A stretch of 64,000 bases of DNA, from NCBI GenBank assembly GCA_964016885.1, contig OZ024743.1, positions 25,420,001 through 25,484,000 of the forward strand. The letters are read 5' to 3'. Shown one piece after another: positions 10,671-22,950 of the stretch (positions within the stretch are counted from its first letter, which is position 1; the number at the start of each line of letters is the position of its first letter). The stretch is from Eledone cirrhosa. Its lineage: Eukaryota. Below the pieces are notes generated by a model that was given only the letters and a program-made list of their open reading frames with translations, had not been told where the DNA came from and did not search any database. Position numbers and translations under genes: made by a program.

Positions 10671-12849
10671 GATTGGGGCTTGACAGTGGGAGTTTGGCTC
10701 CTCTGTGTTCGGACCTGGTGAACTTGAGAGATGGGGAGGGTGAGAGAGATTGGGGCTTGACAGTGGGAGTTTGGCTCCTCTGTGTTCGGACCTGGTGTAC
10801 TTGAGAGATGGGGAGGGTGAGAGAGATTGGGGCTTGACAGTGGGAGTTTGGCTCCTCTGTGTTCGGACCTGTTGTAGTTAAGAGATGGGGAGGGTGAGAG
10901 AAATGGAGCCTTTACAGTGGGAGTTCGGCTCCTCTGTGTTCGGACCTGGTGTAGTTAAGAGATAGGGAGGGTGAGAGAGATGGAGGCTTGACAGTGGGTG
11001 TTCGGCTCCTCTGTGTTCGGACATGGTGTACTTGAGAGATGGGGAGGGTGAGAGATATGTAGGCTTCACAGTGGGAGTGCGGCTCCTCTGTGTTCGGACC
11101 TGGTGTACTTGAGAGATGGGGAGGGTGAGAGATATGTAGGCTTCACAGTGGGAGTGCGGCTCCTCTGTGTTCGGACCTGGTGTAGTTAAGAGATGGGGAG
11201 GGTGAGAGAGATGGAGGCTTGACAGTGGGAGTTCGGCTCCTCTGTGTTCGGACCTGGTGTAGTTAAGAGATGGGGAGTGTGAGAGAGATGGAGGCTTGAC
11301 AGTGGGAGTTCAGCTCCTCTGTGTTCGGACCTGGTGTAGTTAAGAGATGGGGAGTGTGAGAGAGATGGAGGCTTGACAGTGGGAGTTCGGCTCCTCTGTG
11401 TTCGGACCTGGTGTAGTTAAGAGATGGGGAGTGTGAGAGAGATGGAGGCTTGACAGTGGGAGTTCGGCTCCTCTGTGTTCGGACCTGGTGTAGTTAAGAG
11501 ATGGGGAGGGTGAGAGAGATGGAGGCTTGACAGTGGGAGTTCGGCTCCTCTGTGTTCGGACCTGGTGTAGTTAAGAGATGGGGAGTGTGAGAGAGATGGA
11601 GGCTTGACAGTGGGAGTTCGGCTCCTCTGTTTTCGGACCAGGTGTAGTTAAAAGATCGGGAAGGTGAGAGAGATGGAGGTTTGACAGTGGGAGTTCGGCT
11701 CCTCTGTGTTCGGACATGGTGTAGTTAAGAGATGGGGAGGGTGAGAGAGATGGAGGCTTGACAGTGGGAGTTCGGCTCCTCTGTGTTCGGACCTGGTGTA
11801 GTTAAGAGATGGGGAGGGTGAGAGAGATGGAGGTTTGACAGTGGGAGTTCGGCTCCTCTGTGTTCGGACCTGGTGTAGTTAAGAGATGGGGAGGGTGAGA
11901 GAGATGGAGACTTGATAGTGGGAGTTCGGCTCCTCTGTGTTCGAACCTGGTGTAGTTAAGAGATGGGGAGGGTGAGATAGATGGAGATTTGACAGTGGGA
12001 GTTCGGCTCCTCTGTGTTCGGACCTGGTGTAGTTAAGAGATGGGGAGGGTGAGAGAGATGGAGACTTGACAGTGGGAGTTCGGCTCCTCTGTGTTCGGAC
12101 CTGGTGTAGTTAAGAGATGGGGAGGGTGAGACAGACGGAGCCTTGATAGTGGGAGTTCGGCTCCTCTGTGTTCGGACCTGGTGTACTTGAGAGATAGGGA
12201 AGGCGAGGGAGATGGTGGCTTGACAGTGGGAGTTCGGCTCCACTGTGTTTGGACCTGGTGTAGTTAAGAGATGGGGAGGGTGAGAGAGATGGAGGCTTGA
12301 CAGTGGGAGTTCGGCTCCTATGTGTTCGGACCTGGTGTAGTTAAGAGATGGGGAGGGTGAGAGAGATGGAGACTTGACAGTGGGAGTTCGGCTCCTTTGT
12401 GTTCAAACCTGGTGTAGTTAAGAGATGGGAAGGGTGAGAGAGATGGAGGCTTAATAGTGGGAGTTCGGGTTCTATGTGTTCAGACCTGGTGTACTTGAGA
12501 GATGGGGAGAGTGTGAGAGATTGGGGCTTGACAGTGGGGGTTCGGCTCCTCTGTGTTAGGAGCTTGTGTAGTTAAGAGATGGGGAGGTTGAGAGAGATGG
12601 AGGCTTGATAGTGGGAGTTCGGCACCTCTGTGTTCGGACCTGGTGTAGTTAAGAGATGGGGAGGGTGAGAGAGATGGAGACTTGACAGTGGGAGTTCGGC
12701 TCTTCTGTATTCGGATCTGGTGTAGTTAAGAGATGGGGAGGGTGAGAGAGATGGAAGCTTGATAGTGGGAGTTCGGCTCCTCTGTGTTCGGACCTGGTGT
12801 AGTTAAGAGATGGGGAGGGTGAGAGAGATGGAGACTTGACAGTGGGAGT

Positions 12850-15090
12850 TCGGCTCCTCTGCGTTCGGACCTGGTGTAGTTGTGAGATAGGGAGGGTGAG
12901 AGAGTTGGGGACTTGACAGTGGGAGTTCGGCTCCTCTGTGTTTGGACCTGGTGTAGTTAAGAGATGGGGAGGGTGAGTGAGATGGAGGCTTGACAGTGGG
13001 AGTTCGGCACCTCTGTGTTCGGACCTGGTGTAGTTAAGAGATGGGGAGGGTGAGAGAGATGGAGACTTGATAGTGGGAGTTCGGCTCTTCTGTGTTCGGA
13101 CCTGGTGTAGTTAAGAGATGAGAAGGGTGAGAGAGATGGATGCTTGACAGTGGGAGTTCGGCTCCTCTGTGTTCGAACCTGATGTAGTTAAGAGATGGGG
13201 AGGGTGAGAGACATGGATGCTTGACAGTGGGATTTCGGCTCGTCTGTGTTCGGACCAGGTGTAGTTAAGAGATGCGGAGAGTGAGAGAGATGGAGGCTTG
13301 ACAGTGGGAGTTCGGGTCCTATGTGTTCGGACCTGGTGTACTTGAGAAAAGGGGAGACTGAGAGAGATTGGGGATTGACAGTGGGAGTTCGGCTCTTCTG
13401 TGTTCGGAACTGGTGTAGTTAAGAGATGAGAAGGGTGAGAGAGATGGAGGCTTGACAGTGGGTGTTAGGCTCTTCTGTGTTTGGACCTGGTGTAGTTAAG
13501 AGATGAGGAGGGTGAGAGAGATGGAGGCTTGACAGTGGGAGTTCGTCTCCTCTGTGTTCGGACCTGGTGTAGTTAAGAGATGCGGTGAGTGAGAGAGATG
13601 GAGGCTTGACAGTCGGAGTTCGGCTCTTCTGTGTTCGGACCTGGTGTAGTTAAGAGATGGGGAGGGTGAGAGAGATGGAGGCTTGACAGTGGGAGTTCGG
13701 CTCCTCTGTGTTCGGACCTGGTGTAGTTAAGAGTTGGGGAGTGTGAGAGAGATGGAGGCTTGACAGTGGGAGTTCGGCTCCTCTGTGTTCGGACCTGGTG
13801 TAGTTAAGAGATGGGGAGGGTGAGAGAGATGGAGGCTTGACGGTGGGAGTTCGGCTCCTCTGTGTTCGGACCTGGTGTAGTTAAGAGATGGGGAGTGTGA
13901 GAGAGATGGAGGCTTGCCAGTGGGAGTTCGGCTCCTCTGTTTTCGGACCAGGTGTAATTAAAAGATCGGGAAGGTGAGAGAGATGGAGGTTTGACAGTGG
14001 GAGTTCGGCTCCTCTGTGTTCGGACCTGGTGTAGTTAAGAGATGGGGAGGGTGAGAGAGATGGAGGCTTGACAGTGGGAGTTCGGCTCCTCTGTGTTCGG
14101 ACCTGGTGTAGTTAAGAGATGGGGAGGGTGAGAGAGATGGAGACGTGACAGTGGGAATTCGGCTCCTCTGTGTTCGGTCCTGCTGTAGTTAAGAGATGGG
14201 GAGGGTGAGAGAGATGGAGGTTTGACAGTGGGAGTTCGGCTCCTCTGTGTTCGGACCTGGTGTAGTTAAGAGATGGGGAGGGTGAGAGAGATGGAGACTT
14301 GATAGTGGGAGTTCGGCTCCTCTGTGTTCGGACCTGGTGTAGTTAAGAGATGAGGAGGGTGAGAGAGATGGAGATTTGACAGTGGGAGTTCGGCTCCTCT
14401 GTGTTCGGACCTGGTGTAGTTAAGAGATGGGGAGGGTGAGAGAGATGGAGATTTGACAGTGGGAGTTCGGCTCCTCTGTGTTCGGACCTGGTGTAGTTAA
14501 GAGATGGGGAGGGTGAGAGAGATGGAGACTTGACAGTGGGAGTTCGGCTCCTCTGCGTTCGGACCTGGTGTAGTTGCGAGATAGGGAGGGTGAGAGAGTT
14601 GGAGACTTGACAGTGGGAGTTCGGCTCCTCTGTGTTTGGACCTGGTGTAGTTAAGAGATGGGGAGGGTGAGAGAGAGGGAGGCTTGACAGTGGGAGTTCG
14701 GCACCTCTGTGTTCGGACCTGGTGTAGTTAAGAGATGGGGAGGGTGAGAGAGATGGAGACTTGATAGTGGGAGTTCGGCTCTTCTGTGTTCGGACCTGGT
14801 GTAGTTAAGAGATGAGAAGGGTGAGAGAGATGGATGCTTGACAGTGGGAGTTCGGCTCCTCTGTGTTCGAACCTGATGTAGTTAAGAGATGGGGAGGGTG
14901 AGAGAGATGGATGCTTGACAGTGGGATTTCGGCTCGTCTGTGTTCGGACCAGGTGTAGTTAAGAGATGCGGAGAGTGGGAGAGATGGAGGCTTGACAGTG
15001 GGAGTTCGGGTCCTATGTGTTCGGACCTGGTGTACTTGAGAAAAGGGGAGACTGAGAGAGATTGGGGATTGACAGTGGGAGTTCGGCTCC
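12850..15090. repeat. Block of about 7 divergent monomers repeated at a 22-monomer (1694 bp) offset
   Basis: GCGTTCGGAC...TAGTTG(T/C)GAGATAG is at 12861 and 14555, and AAAAGGGGAGACTG is at 13347 and 15041. Both offsets are 1694 = 22x77. Confidence 0.85.
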
Positions 15091-18000
15091 TCTGTGTTAG
15101 GAGTTTGTGTAGTTAAGAGATGGGGCGGTTGAGGGAGATGGAGGCTTGACAGTGGGAGTTCGGCTCTTCTGTGTTTGGACCTGGTGTAGTTAAGAGATGA
15201 GAAGGGTGAGAGAGATGGAGGCTTGACAGTGGGTGTTAGGCTCTTCTGTGTTTGGACCTGGTGTAGTTAAGAGATGAGGAGGGTGAGAGAGATGGAGGCT
15301 TGACAGTGGGAGTTCGGCTCTTCTGTGTTCGGAACTGGTGTAGTTAAGAGATGGGGAGGGTGAGAGAGATGGAGGCTTGACAGTGGGAGTTCGGCTCCTC
15401 TGTGTTCGGACCTGGTGTAGTTAAGAGATGGGGTTTGTGAGAGAGATGGAGGCTTGACAGTGGGAGTTTGGCTCTTCTGTGTTTGGACCTGGTGTAGTTA
15501 AGAGATGGGGAGGGTGAGAGAGATGGAGGCTTGACGGTGGGAGTTCGGCTCCTCTGTGTTCGGACCAGGTGTAATTAAAAGATCGGGAAGGTGAGAGAGA
15601 TGGAGGTTTGACAGTGGGAGTTCGGCTCCTCTGTTTTCGGACCTGGTGTAGTTAAGAGATGGGGAGGGTGAGAGAGATGGAGGCTTGACAGTGGGAGTTC
15701 GGCTCCTCTGTGTTCGGACCTGGTGTAGTTAAGAGATGGGGAGGGTGAGAGAGATGGAGACTTGACAGTGGGAATTTGGCTCCTCTGTGTTCGGTCCTGC
15801 TGTAGTTAAGAGATAGGGAGGGTGAGAGAGATGGAGGTTTGACAGTGGGAGTTCGGCTCCTCTGTGTTCGGACCTGGTGTAGTTAAGAGATGGGGAGGGT
15901 GAGAGAGATGGAGATTTGACAGTGGGAGTTCGGCTCCTCTGTGTTCGGACCTGGTGTAGTTAAGAGATGGGGAGGGTGAGAGAGATGGAGACTTGACAGT
16001 GGGAGTTCGGCTCCTCTGTGTTCGGCCCTGGTGTAGTTAAGAGATGGGGAGGGTGAGAGAGACGGTGCCTTGATAGTGGGAGTTCGGCTCCTCTGTGTTC
16101 GGACCTGGTGTACTTGAGAGATAGGGAAGGCGAGAGAGATGGTGGCTTGACATTGGGAGTTAGGCTCCTCTGTGTTCGGCCCTGGTGTAGTTAAGAGATG
16201 GGGAGGGTGAGAGAGACGGTGCCTTGATAGTGGGAGTTCGGCTCCTCTGTGTTCGGACCTGGTGTACTTGAGAGATAGGGAAGGCGAGAGAGATGGTGGC
16301 TTGACATTGGGAGTTCGGCTCCTCTGTGTTTGGACCTGGTGTAGTTAAGAGATGGGGAGGGTGAGAGAGATGGAGGCTTGACAGTGGGAGTTAGGCTCCT
16401 CTGTGTTGGGACCTGGTGTACTTGAGAGATAGGGAAGGCGAGAGCGATGGTGGCTTGACATTGGGAGTTCGGCTCCTCTGTGTTTGGACCTGGTGTAGTT
16501 AAGAGATGGGGAGGGTGAGAGAGATGGAGGCTTGACAGTGGGAGTTCGGCTCCTCTGTGTTATGACCTGGTGTACTTGGGAGATGGGGAGGGTGAGAGAG
16601 ATGGAGGCTTGACAGTGGGAGTGCGGCTCCTCTGTGTTCGGACCTGGTGTAGTTAAGAGATGGGGAGGGTGAGAGAGATTGGGGCTTGACAGTGGGAGTT
16701 CGGCTCCTCTGTGTTCGGACCTGGTGTACTTGAGAGATGGGAAGGGCGAGAGAGATGGTGGCTTGACAGTGGGAGTGCGGCTCCTCTGTGTTCGGACCTG
16801 GCGTAGTGAAGAGATGGGGAGGGTGAGAGAGATTGGGGCTTGACAGTGGGAGTTTGGCTCCTCTGTGTTCGGACCTGGTGTACTTGAGAGATGGGGAGGG
16901 TGAGAGAGATTGGGGCTTGACAGTGGGAGTTTGGCTCCTCTGTGTTCGGACCTGGTGTACTTGAGAGATGGGGAGGGGGAGAGAGATTGGGGCTTGACAG
17001 TGGGAGTTTGGCTCCTCTGTGTTCGGACCTGGTGTAGTTAAGAGATGGGGAGGGTGAGAGAAATGGAGCCTTGACAGTGGGCGTTCGGCTCCTCTGTGTT
17101 CGGACATGGTGTACTTGAGAGATGGGGAGGGTGAGAGATATGTAGGCTTCACAGTGGGAGTGCGGCTCCTCTGTGTTCGGACCTGGTGTACTTGAGAGAT
17201 GGGGAGGGTGAGAGGTATGTAGGCTTCACAGTGGGAGTGCGGCTCCTCTGTGTTCGGACCTGGTGTACTTGAGAGATGGGGAGGGTGAGAGAGATGGAGG
17301 CTTGACAGTGGGTGTTAGGCTCTTCTGTGTTTGGACCTGGTGTAGTTAAGAGATGCGGTGAGTGAGAGAGATGGAGGCTTGACAGTGGGAGTTCGGCTCT
17401 TCTGTGTTCGGACCTGGTGTAGTTAAGAGATGGGGAGTGTGAGAGAGATGGAGGCTTGACAGTGGGAGTTCGGCTCCTCTGTGTTCGGACCTGGTGTAGT
17501 TAAGAGATGGGGAGTGTGAGAGAGATGGAGGCTTGACAGTGGGAGTTCGGCTCCTCTGTTTTCGGACCAGGTGTAGTTAAGAGATGGGGAGGGTGAGAGA
17601 GATGGAGGCTTGACAGTGGGAGTTCGGCTCCTCTGTTTTCGGACCAGGTGTAGTTAAGAGATGGGGAGGGTGAGAGAGATGGAGGCTTGACAGTGGGAGT
17701 TCGGCTCCTCTGTGTTCGGACCTGGTGTAGTTAAGAGATGGGGAGGGTGAGAGAGATGGAGGTTTGACAGTGGGAGTTCGGCTCCTCTGTGTTCGGACCT
17801 GGTGTAGTTAAGAGATGGGGAGTGTGAGAGAGATGGAGGCTTGACAGTGTGAGTTCGGCTCCTCTGTTTTCGGACCAGGTGTAGTTAAAAGATCGGGAAG
17901 GTGAGAGAGATGGAGGATTGACAGTGGGAGTTCGGCTCCTCTGTGTTCGGACATGGTGTAGTTAAGAGATGGGGAGGGTGAGAGAGATGGAGGCTTGACA

Positions 18001-19099
18001 GTGGGAGTTCGGCTCCTCTGTGTTCGGACCTGGTGTAGTTAAGAGATGGGGAGGGTGAGAGAGATGGAGGTTTGACAGTGGGAGTTCGGCTCCTCTGTGT
18101 TCGGACCTGGTGTAGTTAAGAGATGGGGAGGGTGAGAGAGATGGAGACTTGATAGTGGGAGTTCGGCTCCTCTGTGTTCGGACCTGGTGTAGTTAAGAGA
18201 TGGGGAGGGTGAGATAGATGGAGATTTGACAGTGGGAGTTCGGCTCCTCTGTGTTCGGACCTGGTGTAGTTAAGAGATGGGGAGGGTGAGAGAGATGGAG
18301 CCTTGACAGTGGGAGTTCGGCTCCTCTGTGTTCGGACATGGTGTAGTTAAGAGATGGGGAGGGTGAGACAGACGGAGCCTTGATAGTGGGAGTTCGGCTC
18401 CTCTGTGTTCGGACCTGGTGTACTTGAGAGATAGGGAAGGCGAGGGAGATGGTGGCTTGACAGTGGGAGTTCGGCTCCTCTGTGTTTGGACCTGGTGTAG
18501 TTAAGAGGTGGTGAGGGTGAGAGAGATGGAGGCTTGACAGTGGGCGTTCGGCTCCTCTGTGTTCGGACCTGGTGTAATTGAGAGATAGGGAAGGCGAGAG
18601 AGATGGTGGCTTGACATTGGGAGTTCGGCTCCTCTGTGTTTGGACCTGGTGTAGTTAAGAGATGGTAAGGGTGAGAGAGATGGAGGCTTGACAGTGGGAG
18701 TTAGGCTCCTCTGTGTTGGGAGCTGGTGTACTTGACAGATAGTGAAGGCGAGAGAGATGGTGGCTTGACAGTGGGAGTTCGGCTCCTCTGTGTTCTGACC
18801 TGGTGTACTTGAGAGATGGGGAGGGTGAGAGAGATGGAGGCTTGACAGTGGGAGTGCGGCTCCTCTGTGTTCGGACCTGGTGTAGTTAAGAGATGGGGAT
18901 GGTGAGAGAGATTGGGGCTTGACAGTGGGAGTTCGGATCCTCTGTGTTCGGACCTGGTGTACTTGAGAGATGGGAAGGGCGAGAGAGATGGTGGCTTGAC
19001 AGTGGGAGTGCGGCTCCTCTGTGTTCGGACCTGGCGTAGTGAAGAGATGGGGAGGGTGAGAGAGATTGGGGCTTGACAGTGGGAGTTTGGCTCCTCTGT

Positions 19100-22000
19100 G
19101 CTTGGACCTGGTGTACTTGAGAGATGGGGAGGGTGAGAGAGATTGGCGCTTGACAGTGGGAGTTTGGCTCCTCTGTGTTCGGACCTGGTGTACTTGAGAG
19201 ATGGGGAGGGTGAGAGAGATTGGGGCTTGACAGTGGGAGTTTGGCTCCTCTGTGTTCGGACCTGGTGTAGTTAAGAGATGGGGAGGGTGAGAGAAATGGA
19301 GCCTTGACAGTGGGAGTTCGGCTCCTCTGTGTTCGGACCTGGTGTAGTTAAGAGATAGGGAGGGTGAGAGAGATGGAGGCTTGACAGTGGGTGTTCGGCT
19401 CCTCTGTGTTCGGACCTGGTGTACTTGAGAGATGGGGAGAGTGAGAGAGATGAAGGCTTCACAGTGGGAGTGCGGCTCCTCTGTGTTCGGACCTGGTGTA
19501 CTTGAGAGATGGGGAGGGTGAGAGATATGTAGGCTTCACAGTGGGAGTGCGGCTCCTCTGTGTTCGGACCTTGTGTACTTGAGAGATGGGGAGGGTGAGA
19601 GAGATGAAGGCTTGACAGTGGGAGTTCTGGTTCCTCTGTGTTCGGACCTGGTGTACTTGAGAGATGGGGACTGTGAGAGAGATGGAGGCTTGACAGTGGG
19701 AGTTCGGCTCCTCTGAGTTCGGACCTGGCAGAATTAAGAGATGGAGAGGGTGAGAGAGATGGAGGCTTGACAGTGGAAATTCGGCTACTCTGTGTTCGGA
19801 CCATGTGTAGTTAAAAGATCGGGAAGGTGAGAGAGATGGAGTCTTGACAGCGGGAGTTCGGCTCCTCTGTGTTCGGACCTGGTGTAGTTAGGAGATGGGG
19901 TGGGTTAGAGAGATGGAGGTTTGACAGTGGGTGTTCGGCTCCTCTGTGTTCGGACCTGGTGTAGTTAAGAGATGGGGAGGGTGAGAGAGATGGAGACTTG
20001 ACAGTGGGAATTCGGCTCCTCTGTGTTCGGACCTGGTGTAGTTAAGAGATGGGGAGGGTGAGAGAGATGGAGGTTTGACAGTGGCAGTTCGGCTCCTCTG
20101 TGTTCGGACCTGGTGTAGTTAAGACATGGGGAGGGTGAGAGAGATGGAGGTTTGACAGTGGGAGTTCGGCTCCTCTGTGTTCGGACCTGCTGTAGTTAAG
20201 AGATGGGGAGGGTGAGAATGATGGAGGTTTGACAGTGGGAGTTCGGCTCCTCTGTGTTCGGACCTGCTGTAGTTAAGAGATGGGGAGGGTGAGAATGATG
20301 GAGGTTTGACAGTGGGAGTTCGGCTCCTCTGTGTTCGGACCTGGTGTAGTTAATAGATGGGGAGGGTGAGAGAGATGGAGACTTGACAGTGGGAGTTAGG
20401 CTCCTCTGTGTTCGGACCTGGTGTTGTTAAGAGATGGGGAGGGTGAGAGAGTTGGAGCATTGACAGTGGGAGTTCGGCTCCTCTGTGTTCGGACCTGGTG
20501 TACTTGAGAGATAGGGAAGGCGAGAGAGATGGTGGCTTGAGAGTGGGAGTTCGGCTCCTCTGTGTTTGGACCTGGTGTAGTTAAGAGATGGTGAGGGTGA
20601 GAGAGATGGAGGCTTGACAGTGGGAGTTAGGCTCCTCTGTGTTTGGACCTGGTGTACTTGAGAGATGGGGAGGGTGAGAGAGATTGGGGCTTGACAGTGG
20701 GAGTTTGGCTCCTCTGTGTTCGGACCTGGTGTACTTGAGAGATGGGGAGGGTGAGAGAGATTGGGGCTTGACAGTGGGAATTTGGCTCCTCTGTGTTCGG
20801 ACCTGGTGTACTTGAGAGATGGGGAGGGTGAGAGAGATTGGGGCTTGACAGTGGGAGTTTGGCTCCTCTGTGTTCGGACCTGGTGTAGTTAAGATATGGG
20901 GAGGGTGAGAGAAATGGAGCCTTGACAGTGGGAGTTCGGCTCCTCTGTGTTCGGACCTGGTGTAGTTAAGAGATAGGGAGGGTGAGAGAAATGGAGGCTT
21001 GACAGTGGGTGTTCGGCTCCTCTGTGTTCGGACATGGTGTACTTGAGAGATGGGGAGGGTGAGAGATATGTAGGCTTCACAGTGGGAGTGCGGCTCCTCT
21101 GTGTTCGGACCTGGTGTACTTGAGAGATGGGGAGGGTGAGAGAGATGGAGGCTTGACAGTGGGAGTTCTGGTTCCTCTGTGTTCGGACCTGGTGTACTTG
21201 AGAGATGGGGAGGGTGAGAGAGATGAAGGCTTGACAGTGGGAGTTCTGGTTCCTCTGAGTTCGGACCTGGTGTACTTGAGAGATGGGGACTGTGAGAGAG
21301 ATGGAGGCTTGACAGTGGGAGTTCGGCTCCTCTGATTTCGGACCTGGCAGAATTAAGAGATGGAGAGGGTGAGAGAGATGGAGGCTTGACAGTGGAAATT
21401 CGGCTACTCTGTGTTCGGACCAGGTGTAGTTAAAAGATCGGGAAGGTGAGAGAGATGGAGTCTTGACAGCGGGAGTTCAGCTCCTCTGTGTTCGGACCTG
21501 GTGTAGTTAGGAGATGGGGTGGGTGAGAGAGATGGAGGTTTGACAGTGGGTGTTCGGCTCCTCTGTGTTCGGACCTGGTGTAGTTAAGAGATGGGGAGGG
21601 TGAGAGAGATGGAGGCTTGACAGTGGGAATTCGGCTCCTCTGTGTTCGGACCTGGTGTAGTTAAGAGATGGGGAGGGTGAGAGAGATGGAGGTTTGACAG
21701 TGGCAGTTCGGCTCCTCTGTGTTCGGACCTGCTGTAGTTAAGAGATGGGGAGGGTGAGAATGATGGAGGTTTGACAGTGGGAGTTCGGCTCCTCTGTGTT
21801 CGGACCTGGTGTAGTTAAGAGATGGGGAGGGTGAGAGAGATGGAGGTTTGACAGTGGGAGTTCGGCTCCTCTGTGTTCGGACCTGCTGTAGTTAAGAGAT
21901 GGGGAGGGTGAGAATGATGGAGGTTTGACAGTGGGAGTTCGGCTCCTCTGTGTTCGTACCTGGTGTAGTTAAGAGATGGGGAGGGTGAGAGAGTTGGAGG

Positions 22001-22950
22001 TTTGACAGTGGGAGTTCGGCTCTCTGTGTTCGGACCTGGTGTTGTTAAGAGATGGGGAGGGTGAGAGAGTTGGAGCATTGACAGTGGGAGTTCGGCTCCT
22101 CTGTGTTCGGACCTGGTGTACTTGAGAGATAGGGAAGGCGAGAGAGATGGTGGCTTGAGAGTGGGAGTTCGGCTCCTCTGTGTTTGGACCTGGTGTAGTT
22201 AAGAGATGGTGACGGTGAGAGAGATGGGGGCTTGACAGTGGGAGTTAGGCTCCTCTGTGTTTGGACCTGGTGTACTTGAGAGATGGGGAGTGTGAGAGAG
22301 ATTGGGGCTTGACAGTGGGAGTTTGGTTCCTCTGTGTTCGGACCTGGTGTACTTGAGAGATGGGGAGGGTGAGAGAGATTGGGGCTTGACAGTGGGAATT
22401 TGGCTCCTCTGTGTTCGGACCTGGTGTACTTGAGAGATGGGGAGGGTGAGAGAGATTGGGGCTTGACAGTGGGAGTTTGGCTCCTCTGTGTTCGGACCTG
22501 GTGTAGTTAAGAGATGGGGAGGGTGAGAGAAATGGAGCCTTGACAGTGGGAGTTCGGCTCCTCTGTGTTCGGACCTGGTGTAGTTAAGAGATAGGGAGGG
22601 TGAGAGACATGGAGGCTTGACAGTGGGTGTTCGGCTCCTCTGTGTTCGGACATGGTGTACTTGAGAGATGGGGAGGGTGAGAGATATGTAGGCTTCACAG
22701 TGGGAGTGCGGCTCCTCTGTGTTCGGACCTGGTGTACTTGAGAGATGGGGAGGGTGAGAGAGATGGAGGCTTGACAGTGGGAGTTCTGGTTCCTCTGTGT
22801 TCGGACCTGGTGTACTTGAGAGATGGGGACTGTGAGAGAGATGGAGGCTTGACAGTGGGATTTCGGCTCCTCTGTGTTCGGACCTGGCAGAATTAAGAGA
22901 TGGAGAGGGTGAGAGAGATGGAGGCTTGACAGTGAAAATTCGGCTACTCT
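19100..22950. repeat. 21-monomer (1618 bp) HOR, about 2.3 copies
   Basis: The GAGAAATGGAGCC monomer recurs with its TTA at 19271, 20889 and 22507 (spacing 1618 = 21x77+1). TGGAGCATTG is at 20453 and 22071. Confidence 0.87.

Noticed and set aside
11067-11110. V(D)J RSS heptamer CACAGTG in the GCTTCACAGTG variant, and CACAGAG on the minus strand of most monomers
   Set aside because: No ACAAAAACC-like nonamer lies at 12 or 23 bp spacing, and there are no V/D/J segments.
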